NCBI RefSeq assembly: GCF_009834535.1
Contig: NC_045697.1
Span: 82,834,001-82,898,000, forward strand
DNA length: 64,000 bases
Reading direction: 5' to 3'
From: Camelus ferus
Lineage: Eukaryota
In this document: one piece after another, positions 1 to 14,120 of the stretch
How positions within the stretch are numbered: the stretch's first letter is position 1
Layout of the letters: the number at the start of each line of letters is the position of its first letter
Position numbers and translations under genes: made by a program
The notes under the pieces: generated by a model
Told to the model about the DNA's origin: nothing
What the model saw: only the letters and a program-made list of their open reading frames with translations
The model's database searches: none

Positions 1-429
1 GGAACATATGCAGTATAAAAGCAGCAAAGAGAATGAAGTGTCCACCAGAGATGAAATTAAAAATTCTTTAGAGAAGGAGTGTGAACAAAGAGTTATAATA
101 AAGGACCATTGTGAGAGAAATACTGACCTAGATTATGTGCAAAGCAAGGGGAATCGTGGTTACAAAAAAACTGTATATCTGGCAGAATTCAAGAGAGGCT
201 CAAGAGTCCAAAAGAACTTGTTATTTTTTAGGGCTAGGAAAGATATTTAGAACTTTAAAAAATGTTCTGTGTGAAACAGGAAATTTCTGTACCACTTCAG
301 GTGATAGAAAAGCCATAAATCATCAACAGAATTAGAGAGGGAGTTATTTTTTCTCAAACAGAAAAAGTATGAAAGTAGGCCTTTCAGATAGTTCGAGACT
401 CTGAATCCTATTTTTTTCTCTGAAATACT

Positions 430-700
430 TATCATTTGACTTATTTTTCCCCTGTGGCCTCATGGTGGCAATGCAGCTCCAAGAACATTTGTAATTCAGG
501 TAGAAAGAAAGCATGAGAAAAATGTGACTGGTTTCTTCTCCTCATGGAGAAAAATCTTCTTCAGAGACTTCTTCCTACATCATATGGCAAGAATGTGTAT
601 GTCGCCACTTCTAGCTGAAAAGGAGTCTTAAAGTCCAATATTTCAGCCTTCTAGAATCCATATAAGAGGAAGGCAAAGGAGAAGGAAATTTTGGATGACT
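430..700 (-). mobile_element. Old MaLR (MLT1-like) LTR fragment
   Basis: Resembles the MLT1 antisense pattern (cctcatggtggcaatgcagctcca ... cttcctacatcatatggcaagaat ... gccacttctagctg); ends approximate. Confidence 0.5.
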
Positions 701-1097
701 TCATGTGACTTTATAAGAGCCCACAAAGTAAAACTCTAACCCTGAAACAAAGAAGCTGAAAATGTAAGATCAGAGAAGAAACTGAGAATTCAAAAGGAAT
801 AGAGGGATCATTAAAAATTACTTTATAATATTCTATTAGGCATTCTACAATCTTGCAATAAATTGCACAAATGTACTAAAAATGTTATTAAAATTTATTT
901 TGTAAAATAATTATAGCTATATACTATGTAAGAATTTTTTTAATCCACAAAATTATCATTTTCTGCAAGAAGCAATCTGTGGGAAAACATTATTTTCTGC
1001 AGGAAGTAACCTGTAAGGACACGCTAAAGAGTAAAATTATGAATAGTATTTAGTCTATAGCTCCGTTATCTGGGAAGAAGTAAAGTTAAACACACCT

Positions 1098-1168
1098 TCT
1101 CTCTCTCTCCCTCTCTCTCTCTCTCTCTGTCTCTCTATCTCTCTTTTCTCTCTCTCTCACACACACAC
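1098..1168. repeat. (CT)n/(CA)n microsatellite
   Basis: Directly visible. Confidence 0.95.
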
Positions 1169-1379
1169 CCCCAATCACCCATTGCCACGAAGTGAAAAAA
1201 CATTTCACCAGAAATGAGGGAAAATTCTCACTACTGATAGGCTTATGTCTTCCATTCTTCACATGAAGCAGCTACCAACTGCTGGTCTGGTAGGAACAGT
1301 CTTAGTCAAAAATTATTAATAAATCAAAGGAACCAGCGCAGAATCACGCAAATGATGGTGCATAATTTAAAAAGAAAAG

Positions 1380-2260
1380 ATAAAGGGACAGTGCAATCAA
1401 ACTGATGGCAAAGAACACTTTGCAAGAATATGACAGTAAAGCAATTAAAAGTCAAGATAAAAATTGATTTAAAATTTATTTAAATATTCTAGAATTCAAG
1501 GCTTAGATATAAGAATTCAGGGAAGATATGATGGGTGGATAGATAAGACAAAATTTTAGCTTTCAGAATTCAACAAAGAAAATAAAGAGAAAATAATCAG
1601 CACAGAAAAGCCAAACTTCATAGAGATACTAAAAAATGCAGAATGGCTGTAGCTAAAAAAAAAAAAGTAAGGGATAAAAGGCAACAAAAATGGAATCCAA
1701 AATAACTTGTGAAAAAGAATATAGGAAAAAAATAAAGAGAACAAATTAAGGAGAATATACACTTATACCGAACATCCATCAAGAGGAAAATAAAGTAAAA
1801 GCATCTAAAAGTTTTTTCTCAAGCAAACTTTTGAGGAGTTAACCAATATGCTGAAAGAGTTCACATCGTATTTTGAAATATATGGATCTTTAGCATTGAC
1901 ACAGGTCTTAGGAAAGTTCCTGGGTTTCAGAGAGAATGAAAAATTCCTTGAAGTATTCAAGCAGAAAGATTCAAGCACCCATAAACAGTGCTGATATTCC
2001 ACTTCTACAGCCTGGGGCAGCCTCACTGTGCTTGGCCAAGAGCCTTTTCTGATTGATTGGTGCCTGGGCCATTTTAGTTACTCAATAATTGAATATCTCC
2101 TCTGTACATATAGAGGGAAGAATATTAGGAGTGAGAATTCTCTACTGCAATGTCAGATACTTCAAAGCAATAGAGCAATACAAAGTTCAAAGGGAATTTA
2201 GAAGAGAAAAAAATAATCTAATAAAAAGGCAGGGATAGATGATTAAATCAGGAAGTACTG
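1380..2260 (+). mobile_element. Highly decayed L1/HAL1-type ORF1 remnant
   Basis: A-rich purine strand with L1-ORF1-like phrases (gaaaaattccttgaagtattcaagcagaaag; ctactgcaatgtcagatacttcaaagcaatagagcaat); no intact ORF. Confidence 0.5.
1986..2104 (-). mobile_element. Short hAT-type MITE inserted in the ORF1 remnant
   Basis: Imperfect TIRs CAGTGCTGATATTC ... GAATATCTCCTCTG; flanking 8-mers cccataaa/tacatata match 5/8. Confidence 0.6.
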
Positions 2261-2984
2261 GATGTAAAAACAGAAAGACACTAACACTCCCAAGTACACT
2301 TACGATTTTGGTCTTTAAATTTTCTAACACGTAGATATAATTCATTTAAGAAGAAAAAGTGAAGAACATTCAAATTTGTGAACTAATAAATAAAATTCGG
2401 GAAATAACAGAACATTCAGTGAAAGTTTTAAAATAATCCTAAGAGAGATTTTTGTATGTGCTATATAAAGACACTTAATAGAGGATTTACAGGAAACTGT
2501 AGACTAAAAATACTGACCAAAGAAGAGTACAAAGTCCTAAATGGATCTTTTTGGTCATTGAATAAATAGAAAAATGTTTTCAAGTTTCCTTTCTTTGAAA
2601 GCATGAATTTCAAAATTTCACATTTAACTTCTACCAAAACTATAAGTAAATCATTATTCCAGTGCCATTTCAAATATGTTGGATTATAGAGAAGGAAAAA
2701 TAAAACCAAAAGTCTTTGAAATTCATTTCAAGTCTTTATCAAAATGCTGACCACAGAATTGGAGTACTCTTTCATGGTCACAGAAGATTACAGACCAGTC
2801 CTCCTCATCCATATCTGAGGATCACAGTGATGGGTCAATGTTAATAACTGTCAATAAAGTTTGCAATAGTGGCAAAGAGGGAAAAGGATTTGACTCCCCA
2901 TCCATTTAGGCTGAAATGGTCTAGGATAAAATCAGCATCTGTTTTTGTTCAAAATAAACATACCAAAAACCCAGATGATGTTAG

Positions 2985-3642
2985 ATTTATTTTTCTCTCA
3001 CAACCTACAATTTAATCTGTCCACAAATCATGTCAGCTGTAAAGATACTAGAATTGAACATTTCTTATCATATCTCCTGCTTTTCCCATAGTCCAAATCC
3101 ATAACACATCTTTCCTGGTTATTGCAAGAGGCTCCTACTTACTAGTTTCCTTATTTGAAATATTGTGTTCTTGGGGTCTATTATAAAAACTGCAGTCAGA
3201 TCAGACTCACTCCTCTGCTCAAATCTTCCAGTAATTTTCCATCTCATTCGCACTCTCCAACATCCAAAATCAAGACTCAAAGCCTTAAGCAACTCTCTAC
3301 TCTGACTCTCTGACCTCACCTCTCACTCTCCCTGCCTCATCTGTTGTGCCTTCGCCACCCCAGTCAGCCACTTTTAATCTCAGACAACAAGAATGCTCTG
3401 TCTCAGGGACTGGGCTCTTGCATCCCCCTCACCTGGAGTTCTTCCCCCTAAAAACCATGTCATGCTTTCACTTTTGTTTCCAAAAGCACCAATAGGATTA
3501 CTCTATTTCTCTTTATGAAATAGAAATCTTACAATATCTGTGATCATTTTTTGTTTGTACACTGTCATATCTCCAGCACTGGCAAATTGAATGGAGCATA
3601 TTGATATCTAATAAATATCTTTAGTGAATAAATGAATGAATA
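2985..3642 (+). mobile_element. LINE-2 3' end
   Basis: L2 hallmarks: tcactcctctgctcaaatcttccag and terminal ctaataaatatctttagtgaataaatgaatgaa. Confidence 0.8.
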
Positions 3643-4459
3643 AGTAAAATAATGAGGAGTATGTTTATGTATTGATATAAAAAGTTATCCTTATCTTATT
3701 GTTCAATCCAAAATATTTAAAAAAATTTTAAGTACAGTATAAGCCTATTTTGGTAAAAGTATACATAAATGTGCCAGCATGTAAATATATATACTGTAAA
3801 TTTTATATTGTGTCTATATTACCTGTCACAAATACCTAGACACATAGAGGCACCCTTATGTAAGTTAATTTTAAGATAAATAAGGAATGAAGAAAAGGAA
3901 GGAAGGAAGGAAGGAATCAATCTCTAAAGACATACAAGCCAATACAAACTGTAAAGAGTAATGATTCCTGGTGGATAGGATTTGATGTGTATTTGTATGT
4001 GGGCATGTGTAGGCTGTAATGATAGAATATTATAGATTTTTTTACTTCCTAATTTGCATTATTCTCTATTGGTTTTAATTTTTAATAATAATTTAAAATT
4101 TTAATACAGTTAAGACATTACTGACAATGTTGGAAACCAATGTTTCCAATTAAATTTAACATTAGGTGTATTCTTGGCTCTTAGTTTAAAACAGATATTC
4201 TTATTAAATTAACAAATATATTTAATTTTGAACACTTATTTAAAATAGAAATTGTTGTTGAGTTTTACCAAATATTGTCAGCCTATTTCAGAATGATACC
4301 AGATGTTTTTCAAAATATGCTATCTTCTTGGGACAGAAACATACTAATAATGTTAGATGTAGAAGAATTAGTATCAGCTATGACATGTAACAAATAGAGA
4401 AGAGATTTGTTTTTTAAAAATGAAAATCTGGAAAGAGTTTGGGAAGAGTTCCCTAAATG

Positions 4460-4700
4460 TAGGTTTTTGCTTTGGTTCTGGAACCAGACCACCCTAGATC
4501 AGATCTAACCTCTGCTCTTTATTGCTCTCTGATTTTATGTTACTTCATCTCTTTCTGCCTCAGTTACCTTGTTTGTAAAATGAAAATTATAATAATTTGT
4601 ATATACTTTTATATACTTTATATTTACTATATTATTTTATGTACTTTATATAGTTCTATTATAGAATTATAACAACACCTATTAAGGATTGGATGAAGCA
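4460..4700 (+). mobile_element. MIR SINE
   Basis: Core ctgcctcagttaccttgtttgtaaaatgaaaattataata. Confidence 0.7.
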
Positions 4701-4707
4701 ATATATG

Positions 4708-5218
4708 TGTGGCAGATATTGTTGGATGATCACTACATGTCCTCTATCCATTTTTCCATTTTCTCCTTAGCAGAGAAGAACTCCAGTTTGGATGGAAGCA
4801 GCAATGTGCCAGCTCAAGGAGCCCCTCCTAGATGCTCTTGAGGAGCATGGTGACTAAGTGATGCAGATCTGACTGACAGCAGAAACCGCTGGATGCTGAC
4901 TCATTCCCAGAAGCTCATAAAGGTTAGTTGGGGTTAGAGTTGTAGACTCACCTGGCAAGCACTATCATTGATTGTTCTTCCCTGTTCTTCTACTTAGACT
5001 ATTGCTATGATATCTACAGGACAAATGACTTCTGAGGGTCATAGGATAAGTGTCAAGCCTTAAGAACAATGGAGCAGATATAGAAAGACTCTGAATACTG
5101 ATACTATTGTAGCGCTCACTGAACAAGTGCGGGGTTTTCTCTTGTGTCCTTTAGGGTGCTTAAACCATTCCAGATTGGGTTCTCTGGTGTGCAACTGAAC
5201 CAGTCCTAAACAGGTATG
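4708..5218 (+). mobile_element. MaLR (MLT1-like) LTR
   Basis: Starts tgtggcagatattgttgg; 3' ttaaacca...ttgggttctctg...gcaactgaac...cctaa as in MLT1. Confidence 0.7.
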
Positions 5219-8200
5219 ATATGTAAATCAGTGAACACAGTCACTGCTTTCTCACATTCCCTTTAAAGTGTTAACTCCTAACAAGTTTGAAAATGTCCAT
5301 ACAGATGAACTTAGGGTTTTTTTTTTTTCTTAGACACTTGGCTGCATAAAATGATAGAAGTGATTGGTATGAAACTATATGATGCTACATTTCCCAAACA
5401 GTAAAGAAGGTAAAATAAGTTAGTAAAGAAATAATTTCTAATAACCTTTAAATGTAATAGTTATGTAGTTAAATAATGACAACACAATTAAAACCCAAAT
5501 AGCATTACTATCAAGAATTCTAATGATCTATATTAACATTTCCATTTATTACTGGGAAAAGAGGGTATACCTTTTTATTTTGAACTCTATGCAATGTTTA
5601 GATTATATGGTTTTTAATCTGTCATTTCTTAAGTGTGTATCTTCTATTCTGTATACACAGTCATGTGGATAGTGGGTTAAGGTCACGGATGCTAATGGGT
5701 AGCATCTCTGATGGATTGCTTGGTACAACTTCCCTGGTGGGCCTGCTTTATACTGAGTAGTCAGCTTGCTTATGGCACCACTGATCCATGTATTTCAACT
5801 ATCTTCATGATTGATACCACTTACCACAGTAAAGACAGTCTGTGTTGAGCTGAATTAATCATTATGACAGCAAGACCCTTGTCCTCTGTCCATTTTCTGT
5901 CAGTACATTAACCCTGATTTTTCCTTTCTAAGCAGTTCAGAATTGTGTTACTATCTCATAGAACACGAAGAATTCTTTTAGAGACAATTTCCATCAAGAA
6001 CAAAACAGAACATTAGAAAGTATTTCTAGATATTGGAATTGAAGAAATGAATCCCTGTTAATTTCATTGATATCTATTTGACTTTGGAAATGCATTTATC
6101 AAACTGATAACTAATCATATGTGTAAAAAGTGCTGACAGTGCTGCATCAGGATTATGTACTGTTTTTCTTTTGATAATGGCTTTTATTTTCCTGGTAAGG
6201 AAAACTCATAAAGACATTATATTCTTTATTCCATTACTAATGGTTAACAAAAATAAAGTGCTCTGAACTACTCAATAGTTTTATGAAGCACAGCACAAAG
6301 ATGGGTTTATCTTTGTCATTCAGGCAGTTAAGAGTATAGAGTAATCAAGCAGGTACAGAGTTGCACAATTCTGCCTAATTTTACCACTAATCATTTTTCA
6401 GTAATCTGAATAATTGCCTTCATTTAAATTTCTCTAAGAGTTCAGAGACATAGTGCCTTTCAGCCTGAAGACACGTACGCCTGACACTAGGAAGAGGGAA
6501 ATTGGGCTCTAATTTGCTTTTATGTACCTTAAACCTCATTTCCCATGTCTGCAATAGGCAATGTAGGTGATAGAGTGGCAAATGATTCGATTACAAAATA
6601 GATAGCAAATTCTCAGGCAATTAAATATTATTTAACAATAAAGGTTACAAGCAGGAATATAAACACAAATTGTCTTTTGTTGCTGAAATCAATGTGACCT
6701 TGAAGAGAGACCTTGTATACAGAATAGGTCCAGAGTTCAGATTAAAAAAAAAAAAAGTGTTAATGCAGACCATTATTATTTGTAACATACATTTTCTAAT
6801 GTCTTTGTAATTTTAAACTGAGGTACCAAATTTCAAAATCTACCCTTTGCATAAATATCTAAAATAGCTATAGAATGATTTTGTTTTAGCAAGCGATATC
6901 AGACATGAAATGAAGAAGCTAAACTGAGCAACAAGGCAGATGCTGAGTTGCTAACCACTCATATTGAAATGAACTTGTCCATTTATTTTTAAAGTTCTGT
7001 AATAAGATATTTTTCATTTAAAATGTCATCATGTATATGATGTTGTATCATTTTTCCAGAAAAGAAAAAGTAACTTAGACCATGAAAATGGAATCTTGTG
7101 TGTATTAGTTCTGAAGGGGTTATTTTAACCTAACTGCTCCCATTTCAAAATTTTAATGTAGGGAGGTTTTAATCGTTTTCATTATCCATTTCTGCATGGA
7201 ATTTATTTTGATTGGCGAAAGACTCAAAATTGCTTGGTACAATCTTTATAGCTCTTCCTCCATCCCCATCCCTGCCAGTAGTCTTTTTTTCTCGGTGGAG
7301 CTGTTATTTCTATTATCCATCCTAGTCTGGAGCAATTTGTCATCACATATGCTTTAAGGATTCACATGTATATAAAATTGACTGTTTCCCATAAGAATGG
7401 AAATTTTATTTTCTTGATATTCTGTCATCAGTTTGAAGAATATGTGATCTTCAAAGGGCGAAAGGATGAGAGAACAGAGTCTCAACAGAGACAGTTCTGC
7501 CTGCCAGTACAACACATTCTTTAAAGTGAAAGTGGTGGTACCTGATCACCTTTTCTGAATGATCATTGGCATCTTATGGGGCATGCTAAAATAAACGTTT
7601 TCACTTTATCGTCATCATAGTGATGTGATTCATGGTAATATATGTGAACTATATATGTTTTATAAGAATAATTTTCATGTAATTCTGTGCAGCCATGCAG
7701 AGAAGTTTGGTAGCTCTCTTTCTGTCTATGAAGAATTATCAAGTAAGTTAGAGTTAAAAATATATGTGGACGATGAATCTTTAAAACCACATTGAAAATG
7801 TTTCTTCTATGAATAGCACTATTCATCAAGTTGAATGTAATTTATTGGCATGTGTTCAGAATATATTTAGATTCACTAAATATATATATAATGCAAAACA
7901 TTCCTACTGTAAATACCCAAAAGCAATGAAAAATGTATAACATTATGTAAATCAAGCTACTAAGATCAACTTATTCTTTAAAGGTAATACTTCATGAATT
8001 TAATAGCTTGTATATAAGTTAATCATTTGATATTTTACTGATAAAGTCTTCCAATTGATTAATCCATAACCACTTAGCCTTTAAAAAAATACAAAATTAT
8101 ACAAGAATAAAGCTAGAGTGGTCTTACAAATAAAACATTTAGAAAAAAGAATATATCTATAGTGAGAATCATTATTTCATATTAATAATACTAGCATCAT

Positions 8201-8314
8201 GTAGCTTTTGTTAATAATATTCTATGCTTCGTTTTGGTTTTGTTTTCTTTGTTTTAAATATAAAGATATTTTTAATGTTTATTAATTTTAAATGCCATTT
8301 AAAAGATAATGGAA

Positions 8315-9794
8315 CCTTCAGACAATACTACAGAGCTACAGTAATTGAGACAGCGTAGTATTGGTACAAAAAATGGACATATGGATCAATGGAACAGGAT
8401 GGAGAGCCCAGAAATAAACCCACAAATTTTTGGTTGGTAAATCTTTGACAAAGGAGACAAGAACTTATAATGGGATAAAGACAGTCTCTTCAATAAATGG
8501 GAAAACTAGACAGCTGCATGTAAATCAATGAAGTCAAAACACTCCTTCACATCATACAGAAAAATAAACACAAAATGGCTTAAAGACTTAAACATAAGAC
8601 AAGACACTATAAACCTCTTAGAATAAAACATAGCAAAACATTATCTGACATAAATCTTAGCAATGTTCTCCTAGAGCAATCTACCCAGGCAATAGAAATA
8701 AAAGCAAAAACAAACAAATGGGACCTAGTTAAATTTATAAGCTTTTTCACAGCAAAGGAAACCATAAGCAAAACAAAATGAAAACCCACAAAATGGGAGA
8801 AAATATTTGCAAAAGATGAGACTGACAAGGGCTTAATTTCCAGAATATATAAACAGCTCATAACAACTTAGTAATAAAAAACAAACAACCCAATCCAAAA
8901 TTGGGCAGATGACCTAAACAAGCAATTCTCCAGTGAAGACATACAAATGGCCAATAGGCACCTGAAAAAAATGCTCAATATCGTGAATTATCAGAGAAAT
9001 GCAAATCAAAACTACAATGAGGTACTGCCTCACAACAGTCAGAATGGCTATCATTCAAAAGTCCACAAATGATAAATGCTGGGAGGCTGTGAAGAGAAGG
9101 GAACCCTCCTACATTGTTGATGTGCAGCTGTTATGGAGAACAGTGTGGAGATTTCTCAAAAGAAATTCAGAAAGATACATGCACTCCAATGTTCATGGCA
9201 GTGCTATTTAAAACAGCCAGGACATGGAGACAGCCTAAATGTCCATTGACAGATGACTGGATAAAGAAGTTGTGGTATATTTATACAATGGGATACTACT
9301 CAGCCGTAAAAAATAATAAAATAATACTACTTGCAGCAACATGGATGGATCTAGAGATTGTCATTCGAAGTGAAGTAAGCCCGGAAGAGAAAGGAAAATA
9401 CCATATGATATCACTTGTATGTGGAATCTAAAACAAACAAACAAACAAAAGACAAGTTTATTTTCAAAACAGAAACAGACGCACAGCCATAGAAAACAAA
9501 CTTATGGTTACGGAGGGGAAGCTGGTAGGAAGGGATAAACTGGGAGTTCAAGATTTGCAGATACTAACTAATATATATAAACATAAATATAATATATATA
9601 AAATAGATAAACAACATGTTTATACTGTATAGCACAGGGAATTATATTCAATATCTTGTAGTAACTTATGGTAAAAAAGAATATGGAAGTGAATATATGT
9701 ATGTTCAGGTATGATTGAAGCATTATACTGTACATCAGAAATTGAAACAACATTGTAAACTGACTATACTTCAATAATATTATACATTTACAGA
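8315..9794 (+). mobile_element. 5'-truncated L1 (ORF2 C-terminus + 3'UTR), cetartiodactyl type
   Basis: ORF-track peptides [50 protein letters not shown] match the L1 ORF2 C-terminus; 3' end tgactatacttcaat; degenerate TSD AAAAGATAATGGAA / AAAAGGATAAAGGAA at a TT|AAAA site; frameshifted. Confidence 0.95.
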
Positions 9795-12700
9795 AAAAGG
9801 ATAAAGGAAATTCTCTTTCATTACAAAAATTATATATATGTATATATACACAAATATACATTTTTTTGCAGACCTAAGGAAGTAGCACATTTATTTGCCT
9901 TCTTGCCTGTTTCAGCCTTAGTATTCCTTCTGGTACCCATCACAGCTCCTGTATTTATAGTCAGCCTCGGTACTTACCTTTAAGTCAAATATTTGATTTA
10001 GATGTGATAACAGCTAGTAACCTAATGTGAAATGTTTCTCTATTGCCTCATTAATTATAGCATCTCTCCTCTAATCTAGATAATAAATAATAAAATAGTA
10101 AGAATATGTTCACAAATTTATCATACACTCTCTTTCAGATTTTTAATAATGTTTTACATTTTACAAAAAGTATGGAAACCAGTATCATAACCTGTCTCCT
10201 TTGTAAAAATACCTTCTGGTTTTATTTTAAACCATACCATTAATTTAGAGCTTCACTTGTATTCGAGATGAACTGTTTATTCCACCAGGGCAAAGAAACT
10301 GATAAATATATGTGTTTTTGAATGTAAAAATATATTTATCACTTAATAAGAAGGCACATACATATGTGTGTACTTTAAAAAGGCAGTAGGGGGGGCTTTT
10401 TTGCATGTTGCTTCTTGATGTGTTAGTGATTTGCAAAAACTTGAATATTAGCTACTTTTCTCTATTCTAATGGTAATAAAAATTAAGCTAATGAAACATA
10501 TGGGGAACATAAGGCTTATTCATACAATTAAATTTACCTATGACAAGATTAATTCATTTCCAGATCCTACAGAAGGGTCTAATGCCCTATATTAGGCAAG
10601 GTAGGAGAGCCATACGCTTCTAGTAAATTAATGTTTTTCCATTTAAATCATCTTTTTAAAAATTTAGCATGTATGAAAGTGTGTGTTTCCACAGTTAATT
10701 CAGTGGAATATACCTGAAGTTGAAATAGTCTTCTCTCTATTAAAGAACAAAAATAGAAATCAATTTATATGAGGTGAGATTTTTCCAATGATTTTTATTA
10801 GTTATTGTAAAATGGTAGTGTTTTCTCCATGATGGTACAGATATTCTTAATTTTGAATGAAATACTTATGAGTTATGTAGAAATGAGTCTCTGTCATTGG
10901 GGCCTAGTTGGATTGATTAAATTCCATTGAACTTCTAATGTAACCTATTAAGTTAAATAGGATTTGCTGGTATAAATACTTAGTGAACCACCGTTTCTGT
11001 GTATTTATTTCCGGCGTGTGAGAGAATAACTCTTTAGCACCTCAAAAGAGAGTTTGAGCACTGCCTTTTAAGTTTATTAGTAGCTTGCATATGACAGTGT
11101 TCTTATATGTGCAATCTTATTTATTTCCCAGTGATCAGAGTGACAACACTACATATCCACTCTACTCTCTTCCATTAAACTAGGGCAAAAATCAAACTCA
11201 ATGACATTTCCCCTCCTTCCAGGGGATCTTGTCTCTGAGTGGATAATTGGGAAGCATCCAAAGAATGTGGAGAGGAGGTTCAAAATGTGGGTACAGTAAA
11301 CATATTAGATTAAAAACCAAATAAATAGCTTGAAATTCCAAATTAATCAGGAATGAAGAGAAACAAAAAGGAGTCAAGGAAATCTTAAAACTTACACTTA
11401 TGGTTAACAGTCTTCAAATATATTGAAGTGTATTTTGGCTAAATTCAAGTTATAATGTGTGATCAACTTCTTTTGCTCACAAACAGGTTAATTCAATTTG
11501 TTAAAATTCCTATTATCCAATATTTATTGTTTTGCTCCATTTTACTGAGAAATTTGATTAAAAAATAATTCTACAAATGTACTTTAAGCTCCTAGTTTCC
11601 CTGAGCCTTCCAGGTCTCTAATAGAGCCTGATCAAGAGAATTAAATTATACCTTCATGTTGTAGTGATGTAAATCCAGCTTCAAAAGCATCTAACTGATT
11701 CTGACTCTGCCATTTGAATCAATTAGAGCGTGTTTAGTAATTGCAAGATACTGGGCAGTTTATTAAACCTGGAAAAGACAAAAGTACTTAATGCTGTGTA
11801 GAAATGAAACTTGTCTTGACTGATTCTGTTACCTACTGAGGACATGTTATCCATACTAGCAGCCAGAGTAATCAAATACAAGGTTATACACTATTCAACT
11901 AAATGCTCTGACTTGACAATGGAAATAATCAGTTACAGACCCAAAAGCTGGCACCTGACAGTAGGTGTACAGTGTATAAAGTGGGAAAATCGAGATTGTT
12001 GTGGTAGCTACAATGACTTCGGACGCTAACTTGCAGGAGTTAATGTGGACTCCACAGGTTAAGGGCACGTGGGTCTGGTTACACGCTCAACTAGTTTAAA
12101 AATGATATAGAGATGCACTTTGTTTCTGTCAAATTATTTTATCATTGTTACTTTTATAATAACAGTTAAGTTACACTTGACAGAAACAGAAGTTGTGTTA
12201 TATTTAAACTGTTTTTCCACACTATATATCAGTTTTCAAAAAATCCAGCTCAAACAGTGTAATTACTTTCAAGAAGCAGAACTCACTTCAATGGTTTAAG
12301 AACTATTCTTAGGGTCATTGATTCTCCAAAGGTTTCTGGTTTTTTGTTTTCTTTTCAATTATGCCTTTCTTCAAAACATTTTGCTCAAAAATTTTGATAG
12401 ACTTGTAAGACTAGGTGACATTTATGCTTGTACATTTTAAAAAAAAAACTTTATTTGTCATGATCCATGATATTCTTTATGAAACTACTAAAGGGTAAAA
12501 AAAAAATACGCAAAAATAGAAAAAAAAATACAAACCTTTACTTACAGAAAAAGAAATATACCTTTTGGAGGAAGTGGGAAAATGTTTTCATAATAAAGCA
12601 ATCTTAAGAAAACAGAAATCTCTAAATCATGTGACACACTCTATAAATTATTCTAGTTAATTTTTTCACCTATTTAAAAAAAGAGAAACTTCATTAAAAA

Positions 12701-12840
12701 GAAGATGCCTTTATAATGTGGAAATATTCGATTGAGACTCAAGCTTTGAAGCAGCATAGACACTTGTAAATAATTTTCAGAATTTCTATCTTAAATTTTA
12801 TTTCAAAGTGCATAAGTAACAATTATAAAAAATTATTTCA

Positions 12841-13022
12841 AATCTATGTATAAAATAGATAAACAATAAATTTCTTCTTTATAGCACAGGGAACTATATT
12901 CAATATCTTGTAGTAACCTACAATGAGAAAGAATGTGAAAATGAAGACGTGTGTATATGTATGACTGAAACATTATGCTGTACACCAGAAATCGACACAT
13001 TGTAACTGACTATACTTCAATT
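12841..13022 (+). mobile_element. Very short L1 3'-UTR insertion
   Basis: Homologous to ~9595-9775; perfect 13-bp TSD AAAAATTATTTCA at 12828-12840 and 13023-13035. Confidence 0.95.
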
Positions 13023-13091
13023 AAAAATTATTTCAGAAATAAATGTTCACTCTCTGTGAAGTGTTGCAGGTTATTACAAAACAAGGATCTC

Positions 13092-13454
13092 TGTATTAGC
13101 CAGGGTTCTCCAGAAAAATGGAATCAATAGGATGGAGAGAGAGAGATTTATTGTAATGAATTGGCTCATACCTTATGGAGGATGGTGAATCCAAATTCTG
13201 CCGTGTGGGACAGCAGGCTGGAGATTCAGGAGAGCTGATTTGCAGATAAAGTCCAAAAGAAATCTGCTTGAGATTTCTTTCTTGTTGCTTCTTGCTCCAG
13301 GAGACCAGCCTTCTGCTCTATTTAGAACTTCAACTAATTTGAAGAGGCCCAACCACATTATGAACCAGCAATCTACTTACTCTAAGTTCACCATTTAAAT
13401 GATAATGTCATTCAAAGACACATTCCAAGTTGACACATAAAATTCACCATCACA
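13092..13454 (-). mobile_element. ERVL MLT2-type LTR
   Basis: tgtattagccagggttctccagaaa ... caagttgacacataaaattcaccatcaca termini typical of MLT2. Confidence 0.9.
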
Positions 13455-13904
13455 CCCTATGACTACTGAATAACAGTTAGTTACCAGAATAGATACCTTA
13501 ACACAAATATTAGTCTGTAATTTCTAAATAGATAGTTTTAAGCTGTTGATATTTCAGTAACTAAGACTACATAGCAGATACATTAATGTGTATATGTTTG
13601 TGTGTGATTGCAGGCTAACAGTAGATTCTCTGAGGGGTGAAACAGTGAGGAAGGATTGGAAAGTGTTTTTCTTTAAACTTCTGTACGGATTTGATTTTTA
13701 TTTTTATAGGAAATACATATTAATTATATATTTTAAATTAATGCACTTATAAAGTAAAAAAATAAATGTAATATTTGTTTAGGAATTGACCTCTTAGAAA
13801 AAATGATATTTTATCCTGTGTATTATTTCAGAGTTTACCTACTACTTCTAGATGTAATATTTCACTTGATTATCAGCAGCATACCCAACCCTACATAATC
13901 AAGA

Positions 13905-14120
13905 AAAGTGTAGTATGGCCAAGAAAGGACTCTCTCTGGAGTCCAAAGTCCTAGAGTTCTCCCTGGGTTCCCTTCTCTTGTCTGGGTAAAACTTTGGGTG
14001 AAATCATATAAGTTCTCTAACATTTAGGCTTCAGATATGTAGGCACAGAAATAATAATGGTGACTAACTCACAACATAGCAATCAAATAAATTCATGTAT
14101 ATTAAGCCATTTTGTAAATT
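13905..14120 (+). mobile_element. MIR-like SINE remnant
   Basis: gtgtagtatggccaagaaaggactctctctggagtccaaagtcctagagttct. Confidence 0.55.

Noticed and set aside
5673..5916. piggyBac element from GGGTTAA ... TTAACCC
   Set aside because: The motifs face the wrong way for TTAA-CCC...GGG-TTAA termini
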